Source: Thermoplasmatota archaeon (GTDB lineage: Archaea; Thermoplasmatota; Penumbrarchaeia; Penumbrarchaeales; Penumbrarchaeaceae). From it: DNA of 64,000 bases. Each line of letters begins with the position of its first letter. Position 1 is the stretch's first letter. The position numbers and the translations under genes are program-made. Below, piece by piece: positions 10,401 to 18,186 of this stretch. Where the stretch lies: positions 43,308 to 107,307 of the forward strand of contig JBLIRH010000001.1 of the NCBI GenBank assembly GCA_049472215.1. Reading direction: 5' to 3'. A model generated the notes under the pieces. That model had not been told where the DNA came from and did not search any database. It was given only the letters and a program-made list of their open reading frames with translations.

Positions 10401-10441
10401 ATCAGTACGGGTGTTATCATTTCCGGCTCCCTGAATTTCAT
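7430..10441 (-). CDS. FtsX/MacB-like ABC transporter permease (duplicated, about 1000 aa)
   Basis: Two ERxxE(M/I)GxxRAxG motifs, two extracellular domains, C-terminal PAEALRYE; start ATG 10441 or GTG 10474. Confidence 0.92.
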   Translation of the reverse strand: MKFREPEMITPVLMVLLVVAFIGAVAFSPPVWFYLGIVGIALLTISLFAARNLVLFKISARNIVRRKGLSAIVIGGLMVGTVIISSSLVVGDTMDEMIVGYHYDIYGEVDEVIYGTEPDGSFTYVNSTDLLLLQERLLSIDNVEAVTGEIQEKVSIIDLNSGQAEADFTLIGYDAGSKEFGSFERNGLRVPLELPDNELYIDKGSAKVLDAHKGDMVSIQTRNGPVVFRISTIIDGDARAGWGMERAVFIPLHRAQEVLGAGDSVNIVKVTNDGGVRSGERYCDQVGADIEVILSEVVFGDLELQRTKHGDVEQGKEEISEFSQMFLIFGSFSILAGIILIINIFVMLGEERKSEMGISRAVGMRRKHLREGFVYEGSIYAVISSALGAALGVGVAYLVLVFLDMIFQNGFGTTGIIDSFTFSMQSVVTAFTFGMLITILTVSLSAKRISKLNIIRAIRNIPEPRTHNKSLRVLVMGIVSTIAGVVLFITAYTSFPELGLERIQEASVHLGISIAILGSGLVLRRFIGERIAMSVATALLVVYWIVPNDMILPGLHEGDMEVFFLSGVFTVSGAVILFLYNSNDILGLITKAWSLTGRPTASLKTASSYPMKNRFRTGMTIYMFALVIFTITVMSMIVGVISHNIEQMTSEQVGNIDLIGESNPNNPIEDIYLELENNSTIGTEPFEDIYSLSLGYAEVNTTVRSSYTEGDDLFIPWFVIGVEDNFHSCGWTFTEYMEGYGSGEEVWKAVTEDSDLVVLDNSFSGVQNMGPPTPFMGSDIKVGGQIELRLADGRVVNKTVAGILDEFIMPGIFISSEFTRDELGIENATSFLFVLGDGQDADGLAKVMEKELGINMIVLKTEIEGFTRSMNQFFDLFMAFMGLGLIVGIAGLGIITLRAVHERRQEIGMMRAIGFIKRGVTSSFLTEAGFISFVGILLGTALGIGIGFTLWYDAFKPLEYDFMIPWARVGFVALVAFGATVLFTILPSLRAASVTPAEALRYE

Positions 10442-10454
10442 TTTCGGCCCCCCT

Positions 10455-11195
10455 TCATGCAGCAGCGAGTTCACGCCCGGGAGCGGATGCAGAATGGCCG
10501 TTGTCCTTGACGATCCTGCCGTCGACCATTCTGATCTGCCTCGAGGCTACTGCTCCTACCTTCTGGTCATGCGTGACGATGACGAAGGTCTGACCGTTCT
10601 CCCGGTTCAACCTGAGGAGAAGGTCCATTATGTCCTCTGTCGTCTTCCTGTCAAGGTCTCCCGTGGGTTCGTCCGCGAAGACGATAGCAGGGTCGTTAAC
10701 AAGGGCCCTTGCGATGGTCACCCTCTGCCTCTGGCCGCCTGATAGCTGAGCCGGCATGTGACCCTCCCAGGCCCCCAATCCGACCTGTTCCAGGACCTTT
10801 CTCGCTTTCTTCCGGGCCTCTCTGGGCCTTACACCTGAGAGGAGAAGGGGAAGCTCCACGTTCTCCACCGCCGTCAATACCGGCAGCAGGTTGTAGAACT
10901 GGAACACGAATCCCATTCTCCTTGCCCGGTGCTTGGTCTTCCGATCATCGCTGAGCCTGGCGATGTCCATGCCCTCGATGAGAACCTCTCCGCCTGTTAT
11001 GCTGTCAAGCCCGGAGAGGCAGTTGAGAAGGGTGGTCTTCCCGCAGCCCGAAGGCCCCATGATGGAGACCATCTCTCCCTTCTTGATCACAAGGTCGACG
11101 CCCCGCAGGGCTTCGACCTTCACCGTTCCCGTTTCGTACGTCTTTGCGACGTTCCTTGCAACTATCATCTCATTTCCGTTCAAATTCGTCTTCAT
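10455..11195 (-). CDS. ABC transporter ATP-binding protein (LolD/MacB type)
   Basis: [29 protein letters not shown]; start ATG 11195 after GAGGAGGGAGG. Confidence 0.95.
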   Translation of the reverse strand: MKTNLNGNEMIVARNVAKTYETGTVKVEALRGVDLVIKKGEMVSIMGPSGCGKTTLLNCLSGLDSITGGEVLIEGMDIARLSDDRKTKHRARRMGFVFQFYNLLPVLTAVENVELPLLLSGVRPREARKKARKVLEQVGLGAWEGHMPAQLSGGQRQRVTIARALVNDPAIVFADEPTGDLDRKTTEDIMDLLLRLNRENGQTFVIVTHDQKVGAVASRQIRMVDGRIVKDNGHSASAPGRELAAA

Positions 11196-11221
11196 CCATC
11201 CTCCCTCCTCAACAGTTATCT

Positions 11222-13615
11222 TTACTGGTACCTCAGAGCGTCCCCCGGCCTGAACCTCGCCGCCCTGTGCAGCGGGAACTGAATTATCAGCAGAGTCAGG
11301 ACCACTGTCACTCCCAGCGCGACCATCACGAAGGTCACCGGGAAGAGAACGTCCATCTCGAGGTTCAGGATGTTGAACATGATCCAGTTCAGGAACTGGG
11401 TCACACCGTAACCGAGCGGTATTCCGATCAATCCGCCCATCAGTGCAAGGGTGACACCTTCGGTCCCGAACATCCTGCGAATATGCGAGGACCTGGAGCC
11501 CAGGCACCTCATCATTCCTATCTCCCTCGTTCTCTCCAGTATATTCATTGTAAGCGTGGACATCAGGCCGATCATGGTGATCAGGACGATGATGGTCCCT
11601 ACCGCGATCATGAGGTTCACGACCTGGTTGTTGGCCCTGATGTTGTTCTCCTTCATCACGTAGAGGATGTTGATGGCGACAACATATCCTCTGGCCATGA
11701 GGTCGTCCTCGATCTCGTTGGCAGCCTTGTCGATCAGGTCATGGTCCTTGCTCTCCATGACGATGGAGAAACCCGATACTATATCGTCGATCTTCAGGAT
11801 GTCCTGGACAGTATCTATCGGCAGATACCCGACCATACCGTTCATCATCTGGCCCGAGTTGATCCCTACCACCTTGAAGTCCATGCTTCCGGCGGCAGTA
11901 TCTATGTATACAACGTCTCCCAGAGAGATGCTCTCGGCCCTGGAGATGGCTTTCCCTACAACGATCACCCGTTCTCTAGATGCCTGCTCCTCCTCCGTGA
12001 ACCAGCGCCCTTTCCACATCGTTCCTTCAACATTGAAAGTGGGGATGTCGTGCTCGTATCCGAACATATAGATCTCACTCTCTCCAAGGTTTCCGACGCT
12101 AATGACGAACGGATCCGCCTTTTCAACTCCGTCGATGCTCTCGATATTGTAGGCGACCCCTTCAGTGAGAGGCTTGGCTCCTTCCATCTGGCCCTCGGCC
12201 AGGATATCGTATGTGAAATAGTCATACTCCCGTTCGACAGCGACCGCAAGGGAATGCCCCGTTGCAACTATTCCGAGGAACATGGAAACGGCCAGTGCCA
12301 CCTGGAGCATCGTCGATATTGACCTGCCCTTCTTTCTGGCACCGTTGCGGAGCCCCATCTGGGCGGTCCTTGGAAGCCATTTCGACCTCAGGAGAACCTT
12401 GTCGATGAGGGAGCCGCCGTAGTTCGCACTTATCCCCGCATCCTGGAGCCCCTCCCTGGTATTCATCTTGAGGGCGCCCCACAACGAAGGAACCGTGGCG
12501 ATGAGAGTTATTCCGATACCTACGACCACGGACATCACGATGGTGGGTAAGTAGACCGAGAACCCTGGCACGAGTCCGTAGAAGCTCGTTCCAAGGAACC
12601 AGACCATGCCGTATGCGACCCAGATGCCAAGGAAGGCTCCGATCGTCGAACCGATCGTTCCCATGATGAAGGATGTCGTAAGGTAGGATCTCGCAACCTG
12701 CTGTCTGGTCGCACCCACCGCCTTCATCTGGGCGATCTCCTTCTTCTGCTCGCTTATTATGGTGTGCATGGTGTTGGATATGAGGAAGATAGAGCAGAAC
12801 AGGGTCATGAAGGTCAGGACATAGAAGAAGGAGCCCATGTTAGCAAAATGCTCCTGACCGGGCCAGTTCCCGTCCGTCCTCGTCTCGGGCATGTCGGTGA
12901 AGGCCACGAAGCCAGTGTTCTCCTCCAGATATGTCTTGATATCCTGGACAGCTTGGTCCACTTTTCCCGATGAAGCATCGACCAGGTCCACCGATAGCGA
13001 GTTGTATCCAGTCGTGTTGGACAATGTTCTGACCGTTCCGATATCCGCGAAGAACACCGCGATCCCGTAGGTCGAGTGATCATAGGTCAGTGTGCGGCCC
13101 TTTCCGGAGATGTAGAGATCGACCACGGATCCATCCACATCGATGACCCTTAGTTCATCTCCCGTACCTGCCTTGAGAAGGTCGTTCCGGGAGTTCCCGG
13201 AATCTGTGAGGACCTCCATGTGATCAGGATACGAGCCGGTTTCGAGGGAGACCTTATCGACCTTCATGTTGTTGAAATCCGTCATCCCGATGAACAGAGC
13301 GTCGTTTCTCCGCTCGCCTATGTATATCCTTGTGAAGAATATGAGCTTGGGCTCGACGCTCTCCACGTTGTCCAATGACTCGAGGCCCTGTATGTCCTCT
13401 TCATCGAGATCGACGTTCTGCATGCCTGCCCTTACGTTCCACATATTCGTCTCGTCGATATCATGGAACATCGCATCGTCGAACAGGGGGACCACCGCGA
13501 ACATGCCGAGGGCGGCTACCCCGAGTGCTATGGTAAGGATGGTGAATATCGTTCTCGATTTCCTCTTCTTGAGGTCTCCAAAGGATTTCTTGAGAAGCGT
13601 TGGTTTCATTCGCAT
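11222..13615 (-). CDS. FtsX/MacB-like ABC transporter permease
   Basis: Two permease repeats ([26 protein letters not shown]); ends ALRYQ. Confidence 0.92.
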   Translation of the reverse strand: MRMKPTLLKKSFGDLKKRKSRTIFTILTIALGVAALGMFAVVPLFDDAMFHDIDETNMWNVRAGMQNVDLDEEDIQGLESLDNVESVEPKLIFFTRIYIGERRNDALFIGMTDFNNMKVDKVSLETGSYPDHMEVLTDSGNSRNDLLKAGTGDELRVIDVDGSVVDLYISGKGRTLTYDHSTYGIAVFFADIGTVRTLSNTTGYNSLSVDLVDASSGKVDQAVQDIKTYLEENTGFVAFTDMPETRTDGNWPGQEHFANMGSFFYVLTFMTLFCSIFLISNTMHTIISEQKKEIAQMKAVGATRQQVARSYLTTSFIMGTIGSTIGAFLGIWVAYGMVWFLGTSFYGLVPGFSVYLPTIVMSVVVGIGITLIATVPSLWGALKMNTREGLQDAGISANYGGSLIDKVLLRSKWLPRTAQMGLRNGARKKGRSISTMLQVALAVSMFLGIVATGHSLAVAVEREYDYFTYDILAEGQMEGAKPLTEGVAYNIESIDGVEKADPFVISVGNLGESEIYMFGYEHDIPTFNVEGTMWKGRWFTEEEQASRERVIVVGKAISRAESISLGDVVYIDTAAGSMDFKVVGINSGQMMNGMVGYLPIDTVQDILKIDDIVSGFSIVMESKDHDLIDKAANEIEDDLMARGYVVAINILYVMKENNIRANNQVVNLMIAVGTIIVLITMIGLMSTLTMNILERTREIGMMRCLGSRSSHIRRMFGTEGVTLALMGGLIGIPLGYGVTQFLNWIMFNILNLEMDVLFPVTFVMVALGVTVVLTLLIIQFPLHRAARFRPGDALRYQ

Positions 13616-13749
13616 CACTCCGTCAGGAGGAGCTGGCCGGTCCAGCTCCCGTTCAGAAGCTCCTGAACGAAGAAGGTGGTCGAGAAAACTGCCAGGAAAG
13701 AGAGATATGCAAGCAGCATACCGATGGAATACGCCCTTCTCCCGGTCAT
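13615..13749 (-). CDS. Small single-TM membrane protein (44 aa, below the ORF-track cutoff)
   Basis: MTGRRAYSIGMLLAYLSFLAVFSTTFFVQELLNGSWTGQLLLTE*; GGGGTG RBS; its stop overlaps the permease start (TGATG). Confidence 0.6.
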   Translation of the reverse strand: MTGRRAYSIGMLLAYLSFLAVFSTTFFVQELLNGSWTGQLLLTE

Positions 13750-13762
13750 CCCGAACACCCCT

Positions 13763-14440
13763 TCAGGCAGCTGCGGCTACCCTCCCGTCGAGGATGGTGA
13801 TCTTTCTCAGCGCTCTCTGGGCAAGCTCCTTGGAGTGTGTCACGAAGATGATGGTCTTCCCTTCCCGGTTCAACCTCCGCAGGAGCTCGAACATCCTGTC
13901 GGCGGTCTTCGAGTCGAGGTTGCCCGTGGGTTCGTCCCCGATTATTATCTCCGGATCATTGGCAAGAGCCCTTGCGATGGCGACCCTCTGCTGCTCTCCT
14001 CCGGAAAGTTCCGATGGAAGATGATGGAGCTTGTCACCGAGCCCGACCAGTTCTAGGTTCTTCCTGGCGATCCTCTCCCGCTCCCTGATCGATCTTCCGT
14101 TGGAGAAATCCATCGGAAGCATCGCGTTTTCGAGGGCAGTGAGGGTGGGGAAGAGCTGGAAGAACTGGAAGATGATGCCGATGTTCTTGCCTCTCCATCT
14201 TGCTAGCTTGTCCTCGGACATGGTGTCGATCCTGACACCATTGATCACGACCGAGCCCTTGGTGGGGCGGTCAATGCCCGTGATCATGTTCAGTATCGTC
14301 GACTTTCCGGACCCGGACGGGCCGACGATCGCAGTCAACTCTCCCTTCTCGATCATGAGGTCCACATCCTTCAGGGCCTGGAATTCAAGCTTGCCGGTCT
14401 TGTAGACCTTATCAAGGGATTCGATCTCGATCAATGCCAT
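13763..14440 (-). CDS. ABC transporter ATP-binding protein (LolD/MacB type)
   Basis: GPSGSGKS, LSGGEQQR, GDEPTGNLD; AGGTGA RBS. Confidence 0.95.
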   Translation of the reverse strand: MALIEIESLDKVYKTGKLEFQALKDVDLMIEKGELTAIVGPSGSGKSTILNMITGIDRPTKGSVVINGVRIDTMSEDKLARWRGKNIGIIFQFFQLFPTLTALENAMLPMDFSNGRSIRERERIARKNLELVGLGDKLHHLPSELSGGEQQRVAIARALANDPEIIIGDEPTGNLDSKTADRMFELLRRLNREGKTIIFVTHSKELAQRALRKITILDGRVAAAA

Positions 14441-14472
14441 TTCTTATCACCTGCCTTTGATGATGTCCGCGC

Positions 14473-14558
14473 TATTGTTCGCCCCACAGTATTGTTAGGC
14501 GCCCAATATTGTAGACCTTACACTAGTGTGTAGTGCACAATACTATATATATTTTTTT
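14473..14558 (-). promoter_or_regulatory. ABC-operon promoter with phased TATTGT repeats
   Basis: TATTGT at 14473, 14490 and 14507 (17-bp period), inverted copy at 14537, ACACTAGTGT palindrome, and an A-rich TATATATA box on the minus strand. Confidence 0.5.
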
Positions 14559-14689
14559 GAAGACCTTTGAAAAAACAATTTTTCACGGCTCCCGGGATAT
14601 ATTCATATGTGTTCTAGAACGAGGATCTCCGTGCCGGGCCCCTCCCGGTCATGGGAAGGATTTAAAGTCATCGAACAGTACTTATCCGC

Positions 14690-17665
14690 ATGGTCAACAG
14701 CAACGGGGGCATCCTGTCGGATGATATCGACTACGATGCCGACTACCGCCCCGGGGTTCATGATTTCTATGACCTCATGAAGAGGAGGATATCGAAGATC
14801 CTTCTTGTTTCAAGCCTTTATGACGCCTTCACCCTCGAGGAGGACGGACTGATATTCGAACAGATATCCGAGGAGTACAAGGAACTCGCGCTGCCTTTCC
14901 CCCCCCAGGTCATAAGGGTGTCCTCAGGTCAGGATGCGCTCGAGGAGCTGAGGAACAACCGCTACGATATGATCATCACCATGGCACGCATCTCCGACAT
15001 GGACCCCGACGAGTTCGGGAAGAGGGCCAAGGAGATCAGACCAGGCATACCAGTCATTCTCCTGCTGACAGATGCCGGAGACCTTCAATTGTATCGGATC
15101 GGAAGGACCCCCGTGGGATATGACTACATATTCTTCTGGGGTGGCGATTCCACCCTGCTGATGGCCATGACCAAGTTCATCGAGGACGCCCAGAACGTGG
15201 ATTCGGACATCAGAACGGGACGGGTCAGGATAATACTCATTGTCGAGAACAATCCCAGGTTCTATTCCTTCTTCCTCCCTCTTATATACACCGAGATAAT
15301 GACCCAGACGCTGTCCCTGCTGACCGAAGGGATCAACGAGCACGAGAAGATGCTCAGAAAGAGGGCAAGACCGAAGATACTCCTGGCGAGGAACTACGAG
15401 GAGGCCAAGGAGGTTCTCGGAAAGTATTCCAAATACATCCTCGGCGTCATATCGGACATATCCTATCCCATGGGTGGAGAGGAGGAGCAGGAGGCCGGCT
15501 TCCAGCTTGCCCACGAGGTCATGGAAGACCTTCCCGTACTGCTCCAGTCAAGCAAACCGGAACACAGGGACAAGGCCCGGATGATGGGCCTGCCTTTTAT
15601 CGACAAGAACTCGGAGACCATCATCGAGGAGCTTAAGGACTTCTTCAATAACAACATGGGTTTCGGGGCGTTCACCTTCAGAATGCCGGACGGGACGGAG
15701 GTCGCGAAGGCATACAACATGAAGGACCTGACAAGACTTCTGAAGGAGGTCCCTGCCGCATCGATCAACCTGGCCGGCAGGGCGAACAAGTTCTCACAGT
15801 GGCTGGTGGCAAGGCAGGAGATAGAGCTTGCAAAGAAGCTCAAGCCGAAGAAGGTGTCCGATTTCAGAAGCGATGAGGACATCCGCGACCACCTGCTCAG
15901 GGAGATCAAGGAATCCCAGCGGATCAAGCAGCTGGGTATGATAATCGACTTCGACAAGCAGCGCTTCGAGTTCGAGGGGTCTTTCACAAGGCTGGGTACT
16001 GGCTCCCTTGGGGGAAAGGGGCGGGGGATCGCTTTCCTGTCCTCCCTGCTCCATCAGAGCGGCATCGGAAAGAAGGTGAAAGGCTGTCCGCTCCTAATTC
16101 CGGATACAATGGCGATAGGCACCGATGTCTTCGATCATTTCGTTCACGACAACGAGATCCACGAGAGATTGAAGGAGGACCTGACGGATGACGAGATCAA
16201 GGAGATATTTCTCTCCTACGAACTCCCGAGGGATATCGTGGAATCACTGAAGACCTACCTCGACCATATCAAGGTCCCGATCGCTGTGAGATCATCCTCC
16301 CTTCTCGAGGATTCCCAGAACCAGCCCTTTGCGGGCATATATTCCACATACATGCTGCCTAACAGCTGCGGAAAGGGGGAAGAAAGACTTAAGCAGCTTT
16401 GCCAGGCGATAAAACTCGTGTATGCCTCGACCTTCTTCAGGTCCGCGAGGGCATACATACAGACCACCGTTCACATTCCCGAAGAGGAAAAGATGGCGGT
16501 CGTCATTCAGAAACTGGTGGGCAGAAAGCATGGTGATAGGTTCTATCCGGATTTCTCCGGTGTGGCCCAATCGCATAACTTCTATCCAATGGGACCTTTG
16601 AAGAGGGACGAAGGTATCGTCAGCATCGCTCTCGGCCTTGGCAGGATAGTCGTCGAGGGCGGTAAGGTCCTCAGTTTCTCTCCGGAGCATCCGAAGGTGG
16701 TTCCTGGTTTCTCGTCACCGGCCGAGGTTCTCAATAATTCACAGACCTACTTCTACTCCCTGGACCTTGGTCATGAGGCCTGCTATGACCTGAGGAAGGG
16801 GGAGGATGTGACCCTCGTATCCCTTCCGGTGCAGGAAGCCCTGGAGGATGGGACCCTCGACATGATCGCCAGCACCTATGTCGTGAACGATAACCGCCTG
16901 AGGGATGGCGTGGGACATCACGGACCCAAGATGATCACGTTCGCCGGAGTTCTGAAATACGAACAACTGCCCCTTGTCGATATCATAAAAACGATACTGG
17001 AGATGGGCCAGAAGGGAATGGGACGCCCCGTCGAGGTCGAGTTCGCCGGGACCGTGGATGATAAGGGTATCGCCAGGTTCAACATCGTTCAGATCAGGCC
17101 GCTCGTGACGTTGAAGGAACGAAGACAGGTAATGATATCGGACCATGAGAAGGCAAGTGCCGTTATATTTACCGATAAAGCACTGGGGAACGGGATCATC
17201 CAGAACATTCATGATATCGTCTACGTCGATCCCGATAGTTTCGATAAGACGATGACCATCGAGATCGCAGAGCTCATAGGTCAGGCCAATTCCATGATGG
17301 AGGGGAGGCCGTATATCCTGATCGGACCCGGGAGGTGGGGGACCCAGGACAGGTTCCTGGGAATCCCGGTGACCTGGGAACAGATCTCGGGGGCCAGGGT
17401 GATCGTGGAGGCATCCATTCCGGATTTCAACATCGATCCCTCCCATGGGACCCATTTCTTCCACAACATCACATCCCTTGGCCTTCCCTATTTCACGGTA
17501 TCGCACAGGGATCGCATCAATGTACTGGATTGGGATTGGTTCAGGGCCCAGACATCCGTCGACCTCATGGGATTTGTGAAGGTCCTGAGATCGAAGACTC
17601 CCCTGACAGTTAAGGTGGATGGCAGGAAGGGGGTCGGCATCGTTTTCCGGGAAGAGGATCTTTAG
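14690..17665 (+). CDS. Receiver-domain-fused PPDK/PEP-synthase-like ATP-grasp protein with divergent C-terminal phosphohistidine domain
   Basis: REC-like segments (KILLVSS...DMIITM; ILIVENN...VISD); ATP-grasp motifs GGKGRG, AVRSSSLLEDS, FAG, MAVVIQ, EVEFA, QIRP; C-terminal SHGTHFFHNITSLGLPY...VKVDGRKG. Confidence 0.85.
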   Translation: MVNSNGGILSDDIDYDADYRPGVHDFYDLMKRRISKILLVSSLYDAFTLEEDGLIFEQISEEYKELALPFPPQVIRVSSGQDALEELRNNRYDMIITMARISDMDPDEFGKRAKEIRPGIPVILLLTDAGDLQLYRIGRTPVGYDYIFFWGGDSTLLMAMTKFIEDAQNVDSDIRTGRVRIILIVENNPRFYSFFLPLIYTEIMTQTLSLLTEGINEHEKMLRKRARPKILLARNYEEAKEVLGKYSKYILGVISDISYPMGGEEEQEAGFQLAHEVMEDLPVLLQSSKPEHRDKARMMGLPFIDKNSETIIEELKDFFNNNMGFGAFTFRMPDGTEVAKAYNMKDLTRLLKEVPAASINLAGRANKFSQWLVARQEIELAKKLKPKKVSDFRSDEDIRDHLLREIKESQRIKQLGMIIDFDKQRFEFEGSFTRLGTGSLGGKGRGIAFLSSLLHQSGIGKKVKGCPLLIPDTMAIGTDVFDHFVHDNEIHERLKEDLTDDEIKEIFLSYELPRDIVESLKTYLDHIKVPIAVRSSSLLEDSQNQPFAGIYSTYMLPNSCGKGEERLKQLCQAIKLVYASTFFRSARAYIQTTVHIPEEEKMAVVIQKLVGRKHGDRFYPDFSGVAQSHNFYPMGPLKRDEGIVSIALGLGRIVVEGGKVLSFSPEHPKVVPGFSSPAEVLNNSQTYFYSLDLGHEACYDLRKGEDVTLVSLPVQEALEDGTLDMIASTYVVNDNRLRDGVGHHGPKMITFAGVLKYEQLPLVDIIKTILEMGQKGMGRPVEVEFAGTVDDKGIARFNIVQIRPLVTLKERRQVMISDHEKASAVIFTDKALGNGIIQNIHDIVYVDPDSFDKTMTIEIAELIGQANSMMEGRPYILIGPGRWGTQDRFLGIPVTWEQISGARVIVEASIPDFNIDPSHGTHFFHNITSLGLPYFTVSHRDRINVLDWDWFRAQTSVDLMGFVKVLRSKTPLTVKVDGRKGVGIVFREEDL

Positions 17666-17670
17666 GGATA

Positions 17671-18063
17671 TCAGGCAGTGATACGATCGATGATCATCTC
17701 GTAGGCCTGGCCAAGGCTTTTTTGCAGCTGGGAATAGTTCTCGTGTGCCCCGGCCCTCTTGAAATGGTCCGTCAGGAAATCCAGCGACTCGAAATTCTCT
17801 ATGAAAAGCATTCTGGTGACCTTGGTGCACGAAGGATCCGGATTATCCAGACACGGCATTTCCAGATCTGAAAAGAAGGAATCCCTAGGGACCCTCTTTT
17901 TATCAATGGACATTTCCTCGATGCTGAACCCAAGTTCGCTGCAATCGGGGCAGGTGAACAGGAGGTTGTCCTTCCAGACCCACGTCTGGTAGGGTTTGCT
18001 GCATTTGGGGCAAGATATGTCCGGACATACTATTGCAAGGTCCGTACAACTTCTTCTTGTCAT
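17671..18063 (-). CDS. Hypothetical zinc-ribbon protein
   Basis: CPKC...CPDC pair plus extra Cys; likely start ATG 18063. Confidence 0.55.
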   Translation of the reverse strand: MTRRSCTDLAIVCPDISCPKCSKPYQTWVWKDNLLFTCPDCSELGFSIEEMSIDKKRVPRDSFFSDLEMPCLDNPDPSCTKVTRMLFIENFESLDFLTDHFKRAGAHENYSQLQKSLGQAYEMIIDRITA

Positions 18064-18186
18064 GGGGATCGACCTTTTCGATACCTCATGGAAACTTAAG
18101 GGATATGATATCTGTTCCTGAATTGTTAGGCACATTCGCTCCACTCCCCGAAATCCTATTTATATGTCCAAGTCAGGTGAAGGCCC

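Noticed and set aside
10455..11507. 350-aa version of the ABC ATPase
   Set aside because: The extension overlaps the upstream permease; a strong RBS supports a start at 11195.
7458..14405. Long plus-strand ORFs (e.g. 7739-8962, 11144-12322, 13266-14024)
   Set aside because: Antisense to clear ABC genes, with no recognisable motifs.
14690..17665. Annotation as a canonical PEP synthase or PPDK
   Set aside because: No C-terminal PEP/pyruvate-binding barrel; receiver domains are present instead.
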